A DNA stretch of 64,000 bases from NCBI GenBank assembly GCA_964016885.1, contig OZ024753.1, positions 37,944,001 through 38,008,000 of the forward strand. Direction: 5' to 3'. This document shows, piece by piece, positions 36,056 through 49,424 of the stretch. The notes below the pieces were generated by a model. It was not told where the DNA came from, made no database searches, and saw only the letters and a list, made by a program, of their open reading frames with translations. Both the position numbers and the translations under genes were made by a program. The number at the start of each line of letters is the position of its first letter. Within the stretch, counting starts at the first letter, position 1. The DNA is from Eledone cirrhosa. Lineage: Eukaryota.

Positions 36056-39000
36056 CTGTAATATTAAATAAAAGAAACAAATATCAACATATATGACACA
36101 CAGACATGTTATATACAATAAATAAATATATATATATATATATATGTATATAGATATATATATATGTATGCAAAGGGCAAACAGAAATAAGAAAGCAAGC
36201 AACACAGTACTATGAAGAAATATATTATTGATATAGTAGGAAAAGAGTCTTAATGTTTTGGACGCTAGTCCTTCAGAAAATAGAATGAGAAATTATAGAA
36301 CTAGAAAGTTAGAAGAGATGGGCAGGGTGGAAGAGGGGCTAACTGGTTATTTACAGTTCAGTGTGTGGTCTACCTGGTCATTTACAGTTCAGTGTGTGGT
36401 CTACCTGGTCATTTACAGTTCAGTGTGTGGTCTACCTGGTCATTTACAGTTCAGTGTGTGGTCTACCTGGTCATTTACAGTTCAGTGTGTGGTCTACCTG
36501 GTCATTTACAGTTCAGTGTGTGGTCTACCTGGTCATTTACAGTTCAGTGTGTGGTCTACCTGGTCATTTACAGTTCAGTGTGTGGTCTACCTGGTCATTT
36601 ACAGTTCAGTGTGTGGTCTACCTGGTCATTTACAGTTCAGTGTTTAGTCTACCTGGTTATTTACAGTTCAGTGTTTAGTCTACCTGGTTATTTACAGTTC
36701 AGTGTTTGGTCTACCTGGTCATTTACAGTTCAATGTGTGGTCTACCTGGTTATTTACAGTCCAGTGTGTGGTCTACCTGGTCATTTACAGTTTAGTGTGT
36801 GGTCTACCTGGTCATTTACAGTTTAGTGTGTGGTCTACCTGGTTATTTACAGTTCAGTATGTGGTCTACCTGGTTATTTATAATTAGGCGTGCTATGAGA
36901 TTTAACAAGGCGTGCCGCAACTTTTAACTAGGTGTGCCACAAAAGAGCAAGATTCTATTTCAAAATATGAAAAATACAAATTGAAATTCTCCATAAAGTT
37001 CATGTATAACTAACATTGAAAACATTGTCAAAAATAGACAGAACACATATTTCACATTGATTGTCCAACCCATGGAAAAGTGGACATAAAAATGATGAAC
37101 TTCACTCCATTTATTGACTAAAGACGGAAGAATAAACAATTTATTCCTTTATTAGCATTTATATAAACTTCTTAATCAGAAACCATTATTAATTATCTAT
37201 AACTTTATGTCTTGCTAATTTCTTTTGAATAAATTTTCAAATTTCAGTACAAAGTTTACCAAAAATATTCTTACTTTTTTTAAAGTAAAAAAGAATTTGG
37301 GAACAACTGCTCTATCTAATGGCACAGCTAAACGTTGTTTGTAGAGTTATAGTGCAATATAGGCAAAGCTGATTTTATTTAGTAGCTGCTTAACAGCCTG
37401 CACCACAAACCTTTTAATATGATTCTAGTTACAAATCTATTTGAAACTCAGATTTAAGATATGGACTCATTTCATCTGAAAGAATTAACCAGTGAAGAAG
37501 AAAGACATAAGCAATGTCATACATATCTATGTTGTCTTTATGTATAAATAAATGTATATGCCTGTACACACACTCATCCACACACATATACATACTTTAG
37601 GCAAGTACTGAGTTACCTCCCTTACATATTCATCTGACAATAGGTTTAAGTTAAAATCTAGAGCTGTGTTTTCCCAGGTGAGGCCAAAATGGGGCATAAG
37701 GCATCAGAATGGGAGCGTAGGGTATTAGAATAGAGTGTAGAGCATTAGAATGAGGCATAGGGCTTTAAAACGGAACGTATATACTATTTTATATATTAAT
37801 TTTGTCAGATCATGGTGTGGTACACACATTACTTTGAAATTCCAAATGAGATATGAAACAAAACAGGTTGAGAAACAATGATTTAGAGCTACAGGTAGTG
37901 ATTTGGCTCAGCTTTAGTAATTCACTTCTTTAAATACTGCTTTATTTATGTGACTCACACATTCATACATGACAATCAACAATAACAAGTTATTTATGAC
38001 ACATTATATAGTAATAAAGTATTTAAAAACAAATAAGAATTAAAACATGAGTGTTATATTGAGTTCTTTCTAATATAATCCATAAGTTATAACATCTGTG
38101 AAGGATGGACAATGTGAGATTGTGTGAGATATATATAAGTGAAGTAGAGAAAACAACCTGGAAGACTACCACTACACAGAGACTCATTAAATATAGTGTT
38201 GGGTGTTGTAAAGCAATATATATTTATATATATACACATATAATGTGTATATATATATATATATACACATATAATGTGTGTATGTATATATAAATAATGT
38301 GTGTGTATATATATCAATAAATAAGACAAGGAAATAGTCTATCAGAGTGTTTGACACTGTGGTTGTGTGTGTACACGAGTGGATGTATACAGTGAGGTGC
38401 CATTTTCTTACTTGAGTATGAAGAGTCTTTGTCAGCCGAAAAATATGAACAAGAACTAGAAGATATGGAGTCTCCATCTTTGTCTAGAAAGTAACACATT
38501 TTAACAGATAAATCAGAGATATTCAAAACAAGCTTTTCTACTGACTATAGTTCTAATGAAAGAACCCGCCCCCCCCCAAAAAAAATGAAATCCAATTTAC
38601 AGCTCACACCTATACAGGTGTGAGCTGACCTTCTTCGAGGCTGTATTTTTTATGAAGTTTCTTGGGTATTTTAATGATAAGGGTACCATTCTATCATAAT
38701 GTTACGACTCACATTAATGCAGGTTTAGCTGTGGTTGCATCTTATAAGAGGTTTTTCAGATGTTTTAATGATAGGGGCCTCAGTCATATGTTAGAACAAA
38801 AAGAAAAAGAAGATGATGATGATGATGGTTTTTAAATTAGCCCACACTTACCTGAATATGTGTGATTCTGAGGAAAAACTCTTTCCAATTTCTTTACCAA
38901 TTTGTCCATCTCTTCTTCAGCTTCACTCGGAGAAATAATTGAAGAGCCTGGTGATGAAACATCAAACTTGTGTGTAGAATCTATGGTAGAGTGGTCAAAA

Positions 39001-42000
39001 TTAAGGTCTATTTCTGGTGTACTGGACAAATTAGTAGGATAAGGTGGAAGGCCCTTAAAAAAAACACCATTCTCTAAAGGATTTGGTAAAGTAAAGCCAC
39101 CTTGTGAAGAAGAATTATCTTTATGGAACTGGAAATTATTTGAAGATTGGAATCCATTTTGGAATGGAAATCCATTTTGAAGATTTGATTGCTGAAGTAA
39201 ACCCTTTGATAGCTTTAAACCATTTTGTGGTTGTAGGCCACTGAATGGATTGTAACCATTTGTAAATGGATGAATTGTTTGTGGCTTGAAACCATTCTGT
39301 GGAAGATGAAAGCCATTTGGAAGGTTATAACCATTCTTTAAGTGGAAACCATTTTTTAATGGAAAATTATTATGGTTAGTTCCATTCGTTAACAATGGGT
39401 TCTGGAATTTCTCGGGTACAGCATTATTCTACAAGAAAATAGAGAAAAACTGTTTTACTTAAGGACACACCAAGGTGAAAAATGTACAAAAATGGATCAT
39501 TAACCATGGAACATTACAATCAATACATAGGATATAAAATCGATATAATGGGTATACAATCAATACATAGCTTAGAAAATCAATACATATTTTAAGTATG
39601 AAACGTTTGTTATGTTGAAAAATCAAAGAAATGTTAAGTTGATTCTCTGTGTTTTACCTTCAGCATGACATGAACACGATTTAGTTGCTTATTCAATCTT
39701 AGATTATGGTCGTCCACAACTTCCTTTTTAGCTTCAACTAACTCTTTCTCCATTTCAATGTCTTCCCCGTATGATAAGCTGCTACCACTATCTGTCCCAT
39801 TGTCTCGGATATCAGCCAACTGACGGTAAAGATTTCTAGAAGGAAAATAATTAAATGTTAGAACATATAATGGAAGGGAAAGGTACAATAAACGGAGGAA
39901 TGGAAGTGTATTGTGATCAGTATGTATAAGGACATCTGTTAGTTTGGTCAATTTACTGTGACCAGCAATGTATAAGGACATCTGGTAGTCTAGTCAATCT
40001 ATTGTGGCCAGTTATGTATAAGGATATCTGATATAGTTTAGTTGATTCAGAGAATATATAGAAGAAACGATAAATATCCATAAAGTACCATCATTTGTAG
40101 ATATTTAATCAGTTGTGACAGGAAGTGGTAAATTATTTGTAATGGTACTAGCAAGACATTTTTGAAAAGTACAAAACTGTGACTGCATCACATTAAATGT
40201 GAGTCTTTACTTTAATAATGCAAATTTTCTTTAACAAACTTATTTCTAGACATTGTTCTGCTAAATTACTACAGAATTTTAAGAGTTACAAAACAAAACC
40301 GATCAAAACAAACTACAGAAGTGTTCAATAGTTACCGGTTTTCAGATTCTAAGTCTCGAATAATCTTCTGGAGTTCTTGTACTTGTTGCAAAGCTACTGT
40401 TTCTATAGGAGAAGGTGTACGGTTTTCCTGAAGAAAAGAAAAAAACTATGAGTGAAGAAAATAGAGCCTGTGATGAATGTTGTGAAGAGAAATAGAATGA
40501 GATGGTTGGGTCATGTGTTGAGGAAGGATGAGTGACTGGATGAGAGAAGTGATGTGAATGAATGTAGCAAGAAGTAGAAGGGGAAGACCAAGAAAGACAT
40601 GGTTTGGGTTGATGGAGGAGGAAATGAAAATGAGGGGGGGGATGCAAATGATAGGGCAAAGTGGAGAAGCTAGACATGGAGCTTGCAAAGCTAACCTCTA
40701 CTTTAAGAGAGAAAATGACTTTAAAACAGTTGAAGAGGGATACTGAAACGTTCCTTCCTACCTTGTCACAGTTGTGTACACTGACTGCCACGGTGAGATT
40801 GTCGGTTTGTAAGGACTTGGAACACATCTGTTTTGGTCTGAGTGGGTGTTCAACTTCACAAAGCCTGGCTGGGGCACTGGAAGCACTGTCTGAGGCATGA
40901 CTGGTGGTCAGTCGAGACACTTGTTCTTCATACATTGTAGACCTCCGAGTTGATGTTGTTGACCTGTAACATTACATAGCATATCTCAGTGTTTAAGTTA
41001 CACACACACACACATATATATACATACATATTGAGGTGATAAAAGCCGACCTTACCCAATTACACCTCTCAAAGGCGACGACACACGACCGTGACCTCTG
41101 GCGTCACGCAGTAATACAGAGTACACGACCTCCCATGGGTACAAGCTGACGCATATAGACAATATGCCCTCACACCCCCCACTGCAAGGTGGTCGTGGAG
41201 GTGCCACGGCAAAAAAGCACCCAGCCCACACTGTAAAGTGGACGTGTAGGCGCCACGAAAAAACACCCAGCACTCACTGTAAATGAGGTTGGTGTTAGGA
41301 AGGGCATCCAGCTGTAGAAATCAAGCCAGATCAGTTCCTGTATGAGCAAGGCATGGTCAGCCGACCAGACACTGCCCACAACAGGACAACCCGTCTAACC
41401 CATGCTTGCGTGGAAGAACGGACGTAAAACGGTGATGATGATGATGATGATATTCATACACACAGATACATATATTTGTATGCATATACACACACATACA
41501 GATACATATATGTATATACATAAACACACATACAAATACATATATGTATATACATATACACACATAGCTACATATATGTATATACATATACATACAGACA
41601 GATACATATATATATATACACACGTACCTACATACATATCTGCATATAAACATACACACACAACTTTGTGATCAATGTATGAGTGAGATGAAGTTTTCCA
41701 ATTTGTCCTATCTGAACCTGTCCAACCCATGCTAACATGACAATCAGATATGAAATGTTGATAGTAAATATACTTACATTGTATCACTGCCACCTCCAAT
41801 ACTACTGTTGCAATTATCCACAGGTAGGTATTTTACCCGCCGTTTATACCTGTGTTTCTTGCTTAAGTTGTTTCTCACAGTGATTAGGAATGCTTTCATA
41901 TCTTGTTTGGTACTGGCCTGTAAATAAATACCTGGCATTGATGAATCAAATCAGAGCTAAACATCATACGTACTGACATTTACAATATGTTGTAGTTTTG

Positions 42001-45000
42001 TTTGAAAGTCATTGTATGTATGTATGGAGTCATATCTCCTGGTGGATTCACAGGGGAACTATAGTGACATACAGTGAGTCAGGGGTATTTTAAAACATGG
42101 CAGTGCTCATCCCATCATCAGATCTGATGACTGAGATATCAAATTCAAAATGATAATAATAATACTTACAACAGCACAAAATTCCTTAAGTGGATGCTTC
42201 AGTTTGTGTTTGCCTTTAGTTTTCCCCATGAAGAAGCACTGTTGACATATATCGAACTTGAAACACTTGAGGCACCGATAGCTACAATAGTGAAAGTATA
42301 GAGACATATATTTCTAGGAGAGAAGGAGAGAGAGAGAGAGAGATATAGAGATAAAGAGGAAGTGAGAAAGAGAGATAGAGAGAGATGTGATCTTGGTGGA
42401 GTTTAACCCTTTAGCATTCACTTTACTCTATATATACTATTGTATTTTCACAGTAAAGGCTTTATCCCGCATATCTCACATAATATTGAATCTATGAGAT
42501 TTTGATGTTATTTATTTTGAGAACAATACTTTAACATTAGTATGAGTGGCAAGTTACAACCGGTTTGAACAGAAAGAGGCGATAGAATTCTGGCTGGATA
42601 TGGCCGGTTTAAATGCTAAAGGGTTAAACTCAGAATGTAAAGAACCAGAACAAATACTGTAATGGCATTTAATCTGATGCTCTACCAATTCTGCTAATTC
42701 ATCATCCTTGAAGAATTATATAATGAAGAATATCTGAGAAGACTTACCGGAAACCAATGATTGGAACATCTTTACAGATGCTACACTTCACTTCATGCTT
42801 GACTGAAATAGAAAGAAAAAAAGGGACTAAGTCACAACTCCATATTGTTGTTGTAAAACTGATACTGCACATGGCTGAGTGGTTAATGTGGTGGGTTCAG
42901 GATTGTAAGGTTGGGAGTTCAATTCCTGGACTGGGTAGTTCATTGAGTCCTTGAGCAAGACACAGCTTCATGTTACTCCAGTCAACTTAGCTGGAAAAAA
43001 AAATGAATTGTGGTGACACAGACACAACATTTTTTCAGCTGAGTTGACTGGAGCAGCATGGAGGCCACAACACACCCGGAGACCTAACACTCTAACTATT
43101 ATGCCTTTACATATTAATATGTAGAGTATAACATAATTATATATAACTGAAAGAAAGGAAATCTTACCAGATTCTGTAGTGACAATTCTGTGAAGGGTTG
43201 GTAACCAGACTAATGTTTGGGGTTCTTTGTAGAGCCAGGCATAGAACATATCTTCAGAAATACCATATTTACAATCACTCTGAATAAACAACAATAATAG
43301 TAATAATAATAACAACAACAACAATAATATAAATAATAATGATAAAAGAATTGATACTAAGAAATGTAAACTAAAAAGAATGAATACTAAGACCTGTAAA
43401 CCTCTCGCATGTCACCATATGTATCACCCTAAAGTGAACATTGAGTGACTCTACCTGCCAAAATATGAGAAAGGCAGAGGTCTAATCCAATTGAAGCTGT
43501 CCTACAAGTCAACAACAATTAACCTGCACCAATATCTTGAAGCAACCAATGATTGGATGATGTAGGCAGTTAAACAGCACAAAACCAACAAAAAACTTTA
43601 CTCTGTGATAAAAGAAAACACCAAATATAAATAGGAAACACATCTGAACATAGCTGTGACACAGGAAACCCCTCTACCACCAACAGTGGCAGCAAAGGAA
43701 GCAATCCTTCAACAGATTAAGACAAAATGGCAAAATAAACCTCTACATAGCCAGTAATTGAGTTGAAGCATGCAAACTGGTGTAAAAAAAAACCTCTGAC
43801 CCATCAGTGGCTGCACATTTCAGGACTGAAAACTGAAACAAGTTTCATTGTCTGCAGTATTCAGTTGGTAGAGTGTAGTGAAAACCTGGTAACATTCTAG
43901 TTTCCAAAGGCCCATGTATATATATCCATGTGTATATATCCATAAATATAATTATGTAAATATTATATCCATGATATTCATGTATATATATATATCTATG
44001 TAAACATTATATACTTATGCTAAATAATCAGAATACAAAAGAAAACCATTATATATATATATTTTTACCATCTGAAGACAACTTTCTAAAGCAGGAGTAG
44101 AATTCAAACCTCCATAGGCAATTCCTTCGTTAATTGAGTCAGGAATCTAGAAAACAGATATCAATAATTAGAAATACATTACAGGTGATGGTGGTGGTAG
44201 TGATGATGGTGGGTGTGATGATACGGTGGCAGGGTTGATGATAGTGATAGTGATGGTAATGGTGGTGGTGGTGGTGGTGGTGGTGGTGGTGATGGTAAGG
44301 ATGTTGGTGATATAATACAATAAAGAACAGCCATCAAAAATCAATCAATAAGTGATCTAAAGAAAAGCCCAAATCTCAATACTCACTCTCATGAGAGCCA
44401 CAAGAAAACTGGAGAGTACACTACAGTCTATAAAGGTGCTGGGATCTCGGATCTCTTCATAAAAATCTGAAACGGATAAACAGCATAGATACAGACAACA
44501 TATAACATATATATACAGACAGATATATGTAAACATAGATACAGACACATATCTGTAAACAGATGGTCAACAGACAACATATATACAGACACATCTCTGT
44601 AAACAGATGGTCAACAGACAACATATACACAGACACATCTCTGTAAACAGATGGTCAACAGACAACATATATACAGACACATCTCTGTAAACAGATGGAC
44701 AACATAGATACAGACACATCTCTGTAAACAGATGGACAACAGACAACATATATACAGACACATCTCTAAACAGATAGACAACAGACAACATATACACAGA
44801 CACATCTCTGTAAACAGATGGTCAACAGACAACATATACACAGACACATCTCTGTAAACAGATGGTCAACAGACAACATATATACAGACACATCTCTGTA
44901 AACAGATGGTCAACAGACAACATATACACAGACACATCTCTGTAAACAGATAAACAGACAACATATACACAGACACATCTCTGTAAACAGATAGACAACA

Positions 45001-47158
45001 GACAACATAGATACAGACACATCTCTGTAAACAGATGGACAACAGACAACATATACACAGACACATCTCTGTAAACTGATGGTCAACAGACAACATATAT
45101 ACAGACACATCTCTGTAAACAGATGGTCAACAGACAACATATACACAGACACATCTCTGTAAACAGATGGTCAACAGACAACATATACACAGACACATCT
45201 CTGTAAACAGATGGACAACAGACAACATATATACAGACACATCTCTGTAAACAGTTGGACAACAGACAACATATACACAGACACATCTCTGTAAACAGAT
45301 AGACAACAGACAACATATACACAGACACATCTCTGTAAACAGATAGACAACAGACAACATATACACAGACACATCTCTGTAAACTGATAGACAACCAACA
45401 TAGATACAGACACATCTCTGTAAACAGATGGTCAACAGACAACATATACACAGACACATCTCTGTAAACAGATAGACAACAGACAACATATACACAGACA
45501 CATCTCTGTAAACTGATAGACAACCAACATAGATACAGTTGTTTCAGTCTACCAAATTTCACTCATAAGACATCGGTCAAACTGGGGCAATAATAAAAGA
45601 CATTTGCCCAAGGTACCACACAGCAGGACCAGAACCACATAGTTGTGGGTTGTGAAGTAAACTCCTTCACCATACACATCCATATTTTCCTATATGTTAG
45701 TTAAACCTACTCATGCCAGATATTTAAAACTAAGTCAGGGTTGTTACATTGAAAATATGGAACAACTAATAAACTAACAAGAGCCATGTAACCCCTACAT
45801 CAACAACAATAACTATATTGTTAGTAATAAAATTCCATAGATGCTTTAGAAATATCATTGTTGTTACTCAAGATATATATCTTGAAAACATTCATGGAAT
45901 TTCATATATATATATATTATTTGATACTTTCACACACATATACACACATACACTCACACATATATATACACATACACACACACATACATACATACATATA
46001 TATATACATACACTCACACACTCTAGCTGTCAGGATTGAGTGCTCATATAGTTAATGTTTTAAATACTATGGTATATAAAACACACAAACATATATATAC
46101 ATACACACACACACACACATATACATCATCATCATCATCATCATTGTTTAACGTCCATCTTCCACGCTTGCATGGGTTTGGACGGGAGTTTTCCCACTTG
46201 AGGCAAGAGTGGTTGTCTTGCTCGCATAGGACTGTCTGGCGGGTTTTCTACGGCTGGATGCCCTTCCTAACACCAACCACGTTTACAGTGTGGACTGGGA
46301 GGTTGTTACCGTGTTACCTACACGGCCACATTACAGCGTGGACTGTGTGTTTTTTTGTCGTGACACCTACACGACCTCATTTGTTTCGGCCTGGATGTTG
46401 GTACCAACATAACTTTACATTGAAAGGGGTGGTGTGGGGGTAGTGGGACGGGGTGTATTTTGTTAGAGGTGCCTACTGATTGTAGTAGGTTTCACTTATA
46501 CATATATACATATATATGCGTGTGTGTGCAACATGACTATTGTTATTTTGTTAGTTGCTTATAAGAAGTATTCAGTACAGTACATCATCATCACTTAACA
46601 TCTATGTTGCATGGGAGAGACAGACAACCACACTCTGAAGCTAGACCAATCAGATGACCATGTCTTGTGAGTAAGACATCCTCTTTGCCAACTTATTATG
46701 TTGTAAACAGTTATACTGGTTTCAATATCATAGTGAAACATTAAACTGACGCATATGTTTTCTATAAAGAAAGATTTTGAAAACATCCTGCATTAGAGAT
46801 GAGATATGACAGGCTAGTTTCATCCAACATCTCTTAGACAGTTACATATAGAAAGAAAACGAGGGTGCTTGGTTATTCCAGCACCTCAGCCTTCCTATTA
46901 CCCATTATTATATGTGTGTGTGGATGTATGTATGTATCTGTGTGTCTATATATATGTATGTGTGTATATTTAAGTGTATACATACATTTATATTTTTCTC
47001 CAAGCTGCCCACCACACATAGCTGCCAGAGCAGTTTTCACAGACAAGGCATGAACAACTCCTCTTCTTTGTCTGAAAGTAAAACAATAGAAATATCATTG
47101 TACGGCAATAAACAATTTGAAAGACATTAAAACGTTTTCTATACTCTCTTTTATGTAC

Positions 47159-47194
<36 letters not shown>

Positions 47195-48555
47195 AAGAAC
47201 AGACTTGTAACTCCTGAGGGAATCCTAGGGACAGTGTTGTGAGATTTTAAACCTGGTGGAGCCTATCCCTTTTCCAGGTCTGAACAGCTGATTCCTTCCA
47301 GAGAAAGAGAAGTGAAAAAAAAAAGAAATATAGAAGAAGATTTGACCCCAGTACTAAACTGGTACTTTTCTTTTATTGACTTCAAAGGGAAGAAAAGCAA
47401 AATTGACTTTTATGTGATTTGAATTCAGAGAGTTGGAACAAACACCACAGAGCTTTCTATCCGATGTTCTAACCACTTTGTCAATTTGCTGCTCAAAATA
47501 CTGCGTAGTGGGATGGAACTTGAAGCTAAATGGTGGTTGTACAGTGAACTTCTTAACTACTCAGCCATTCAGCCAAAATAAAAGAGAATTAGTAAAACAG
47601 ATGAACCACTCACAAATCATATTACTTACCTGTCATATAGATTTTATAAGATCAGATGAACGCATATTTGTAGTTTAAATAACTTACCTGTCATATAGAT
47701 TTTATAAGATCAGATGAACGCATATTTGTAGTTTAAATAACTTACCTGTCATATAGATTTTATAAGATCAGATGAACGCATATTTGTAGTTTAAATAACT
47801 TACCTGTCATATAGATTCAATAAGAAATTCTGAATGAGATCAGATGAACGTATATTTGTATTCTTGTCTAATCTTGGGTGCTGGCAGTCAACAAAAAGAT
47901 CCCGTAGAATTTCATTGAGGTCATGGCAGTTCAACAATGGATCCTCACCTTGTGGACATCCATGCTGCATGAAGACACTGCGGACTTTGTCCAGAGGTAC
48001 TAAGTCCACTTTGAGAAGATAAGAATGGTAGAAATATTCATATTACAAAGTGGTAAATAAACAACCAATATTACATATCTCACAATAAGTCATATTAACT
48101 ACACTACTTTATTCTTGTGGTAAATAATATTTTTGTGTATTAGATAATTATATAGAGTCAGGTTCTATCAGGTTGGATTTGGGAAGGGTCAGGGTCTACT
48201 GGGTTATTTTGGAGAGGGTTGGATTGTATCAGGTTGAATTTGGAAAGGTTTGAGGTTTACCAGATTATTTTGGAAAGGGTTTGAAGTTTTCCAAGTTGAT
48301 TTTGCCCCCAGTGCTTTACACAAAGATAATACAAACATCCATTTTGTTGAGCCAAGAGGGATATAAAGGAAACACATCTCCAGTAAGATTTGAACTGAGA
48401 TAGGAAAGCAGCAGACTTGATATTGTTAAGTTTATTGTCAGTTCTCTTCTTACTAGTAGCTACGATATCTGGCCATCTTGTGTAGAAATATATATATTTG
48501 AGAGAGAGAGAGTGAGAGGGAGAGTGAGAGTGGGAGGGAGAGTGAGGATGGGAGA

Positions 48556-48597
<42 letters not shown>

Positions 48598-49384
48598 ATG
48601 TGTGTGTATGTATTAAGCATACAAGCTTTAGAGTTATTCTTTGTAATAACAAAAAAAAACCAGTTATTTAGTTCTAGAAGTTGAAAATAACTGAAGCAAT
48701 AATTTTGATATCAAAAAAGAAAAAAGAAAAGAGAGAGAGAAATGCTGCCAATTTTACAAAACAATAATAATAACAACACAAACAGAAATAAAACAAACAG
48801 CTCCATATGATATTTTTTCTCTCTTTGATGTAAATAACAAAACTCAACAGGTATATAAACTTTTTATATACAATTTTTCTAACAGGTGCGAAGTGTGATG
48901 GTAGTGAGATGTGGGCAGGGAATGCAGAGGATATGTGAAGGCTGGAGAAAAGTGAAGTATGCAATACCCTGATAGATGTGCAACCTCAGTCAATGAGCAT
49001 AAAAGAACTGAAAGACAAAGCTGGGTATAAGGGGAATCAGATGTAGTGTGAAAGAGAGAAGACTGGTATGGACATGTGATTTGTATGGGTGATAATTGTT
49101 GTGTAAAGAAGTGCCAAGAAATCCCAGTGGAAGGTAGCTGCAGTAGAGGAAGATCAAAGAAGACCTGGGTAGAGGTGGTGAGAGATGTATGATGATGATG
49201 ATGATGATGTGTATAGATGCATGATAATGTGTGTATGTGTACAAATGTATGATGGTGTGAGTCTGTGTATAAATGTGTGATGATATGTGTATAACAGTAT
49301 GATGAATGTGTGTCTATGTGTATAGATATATGATGTATGAGAGTGTGTGTGTAACTGTATGATGTATGAGCATGTGTGTATGTA

Positions 49385-49424
<40 letters not shown>

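Noticed and set aside
36258-36887. Repetitive ORFs in three frames
   Set aside because: Products of a 31-bp minisatellite; likewise the ORFs at 44567-45562 come from the 44-bp minisatellite.
40342-40935. 197-aa ORF as a single exon
   Set aside because: It runs through an antisense RTE remnant, and the coiled-coil exon at 40336-40427 is in a different frame; the two-exon model fits better.
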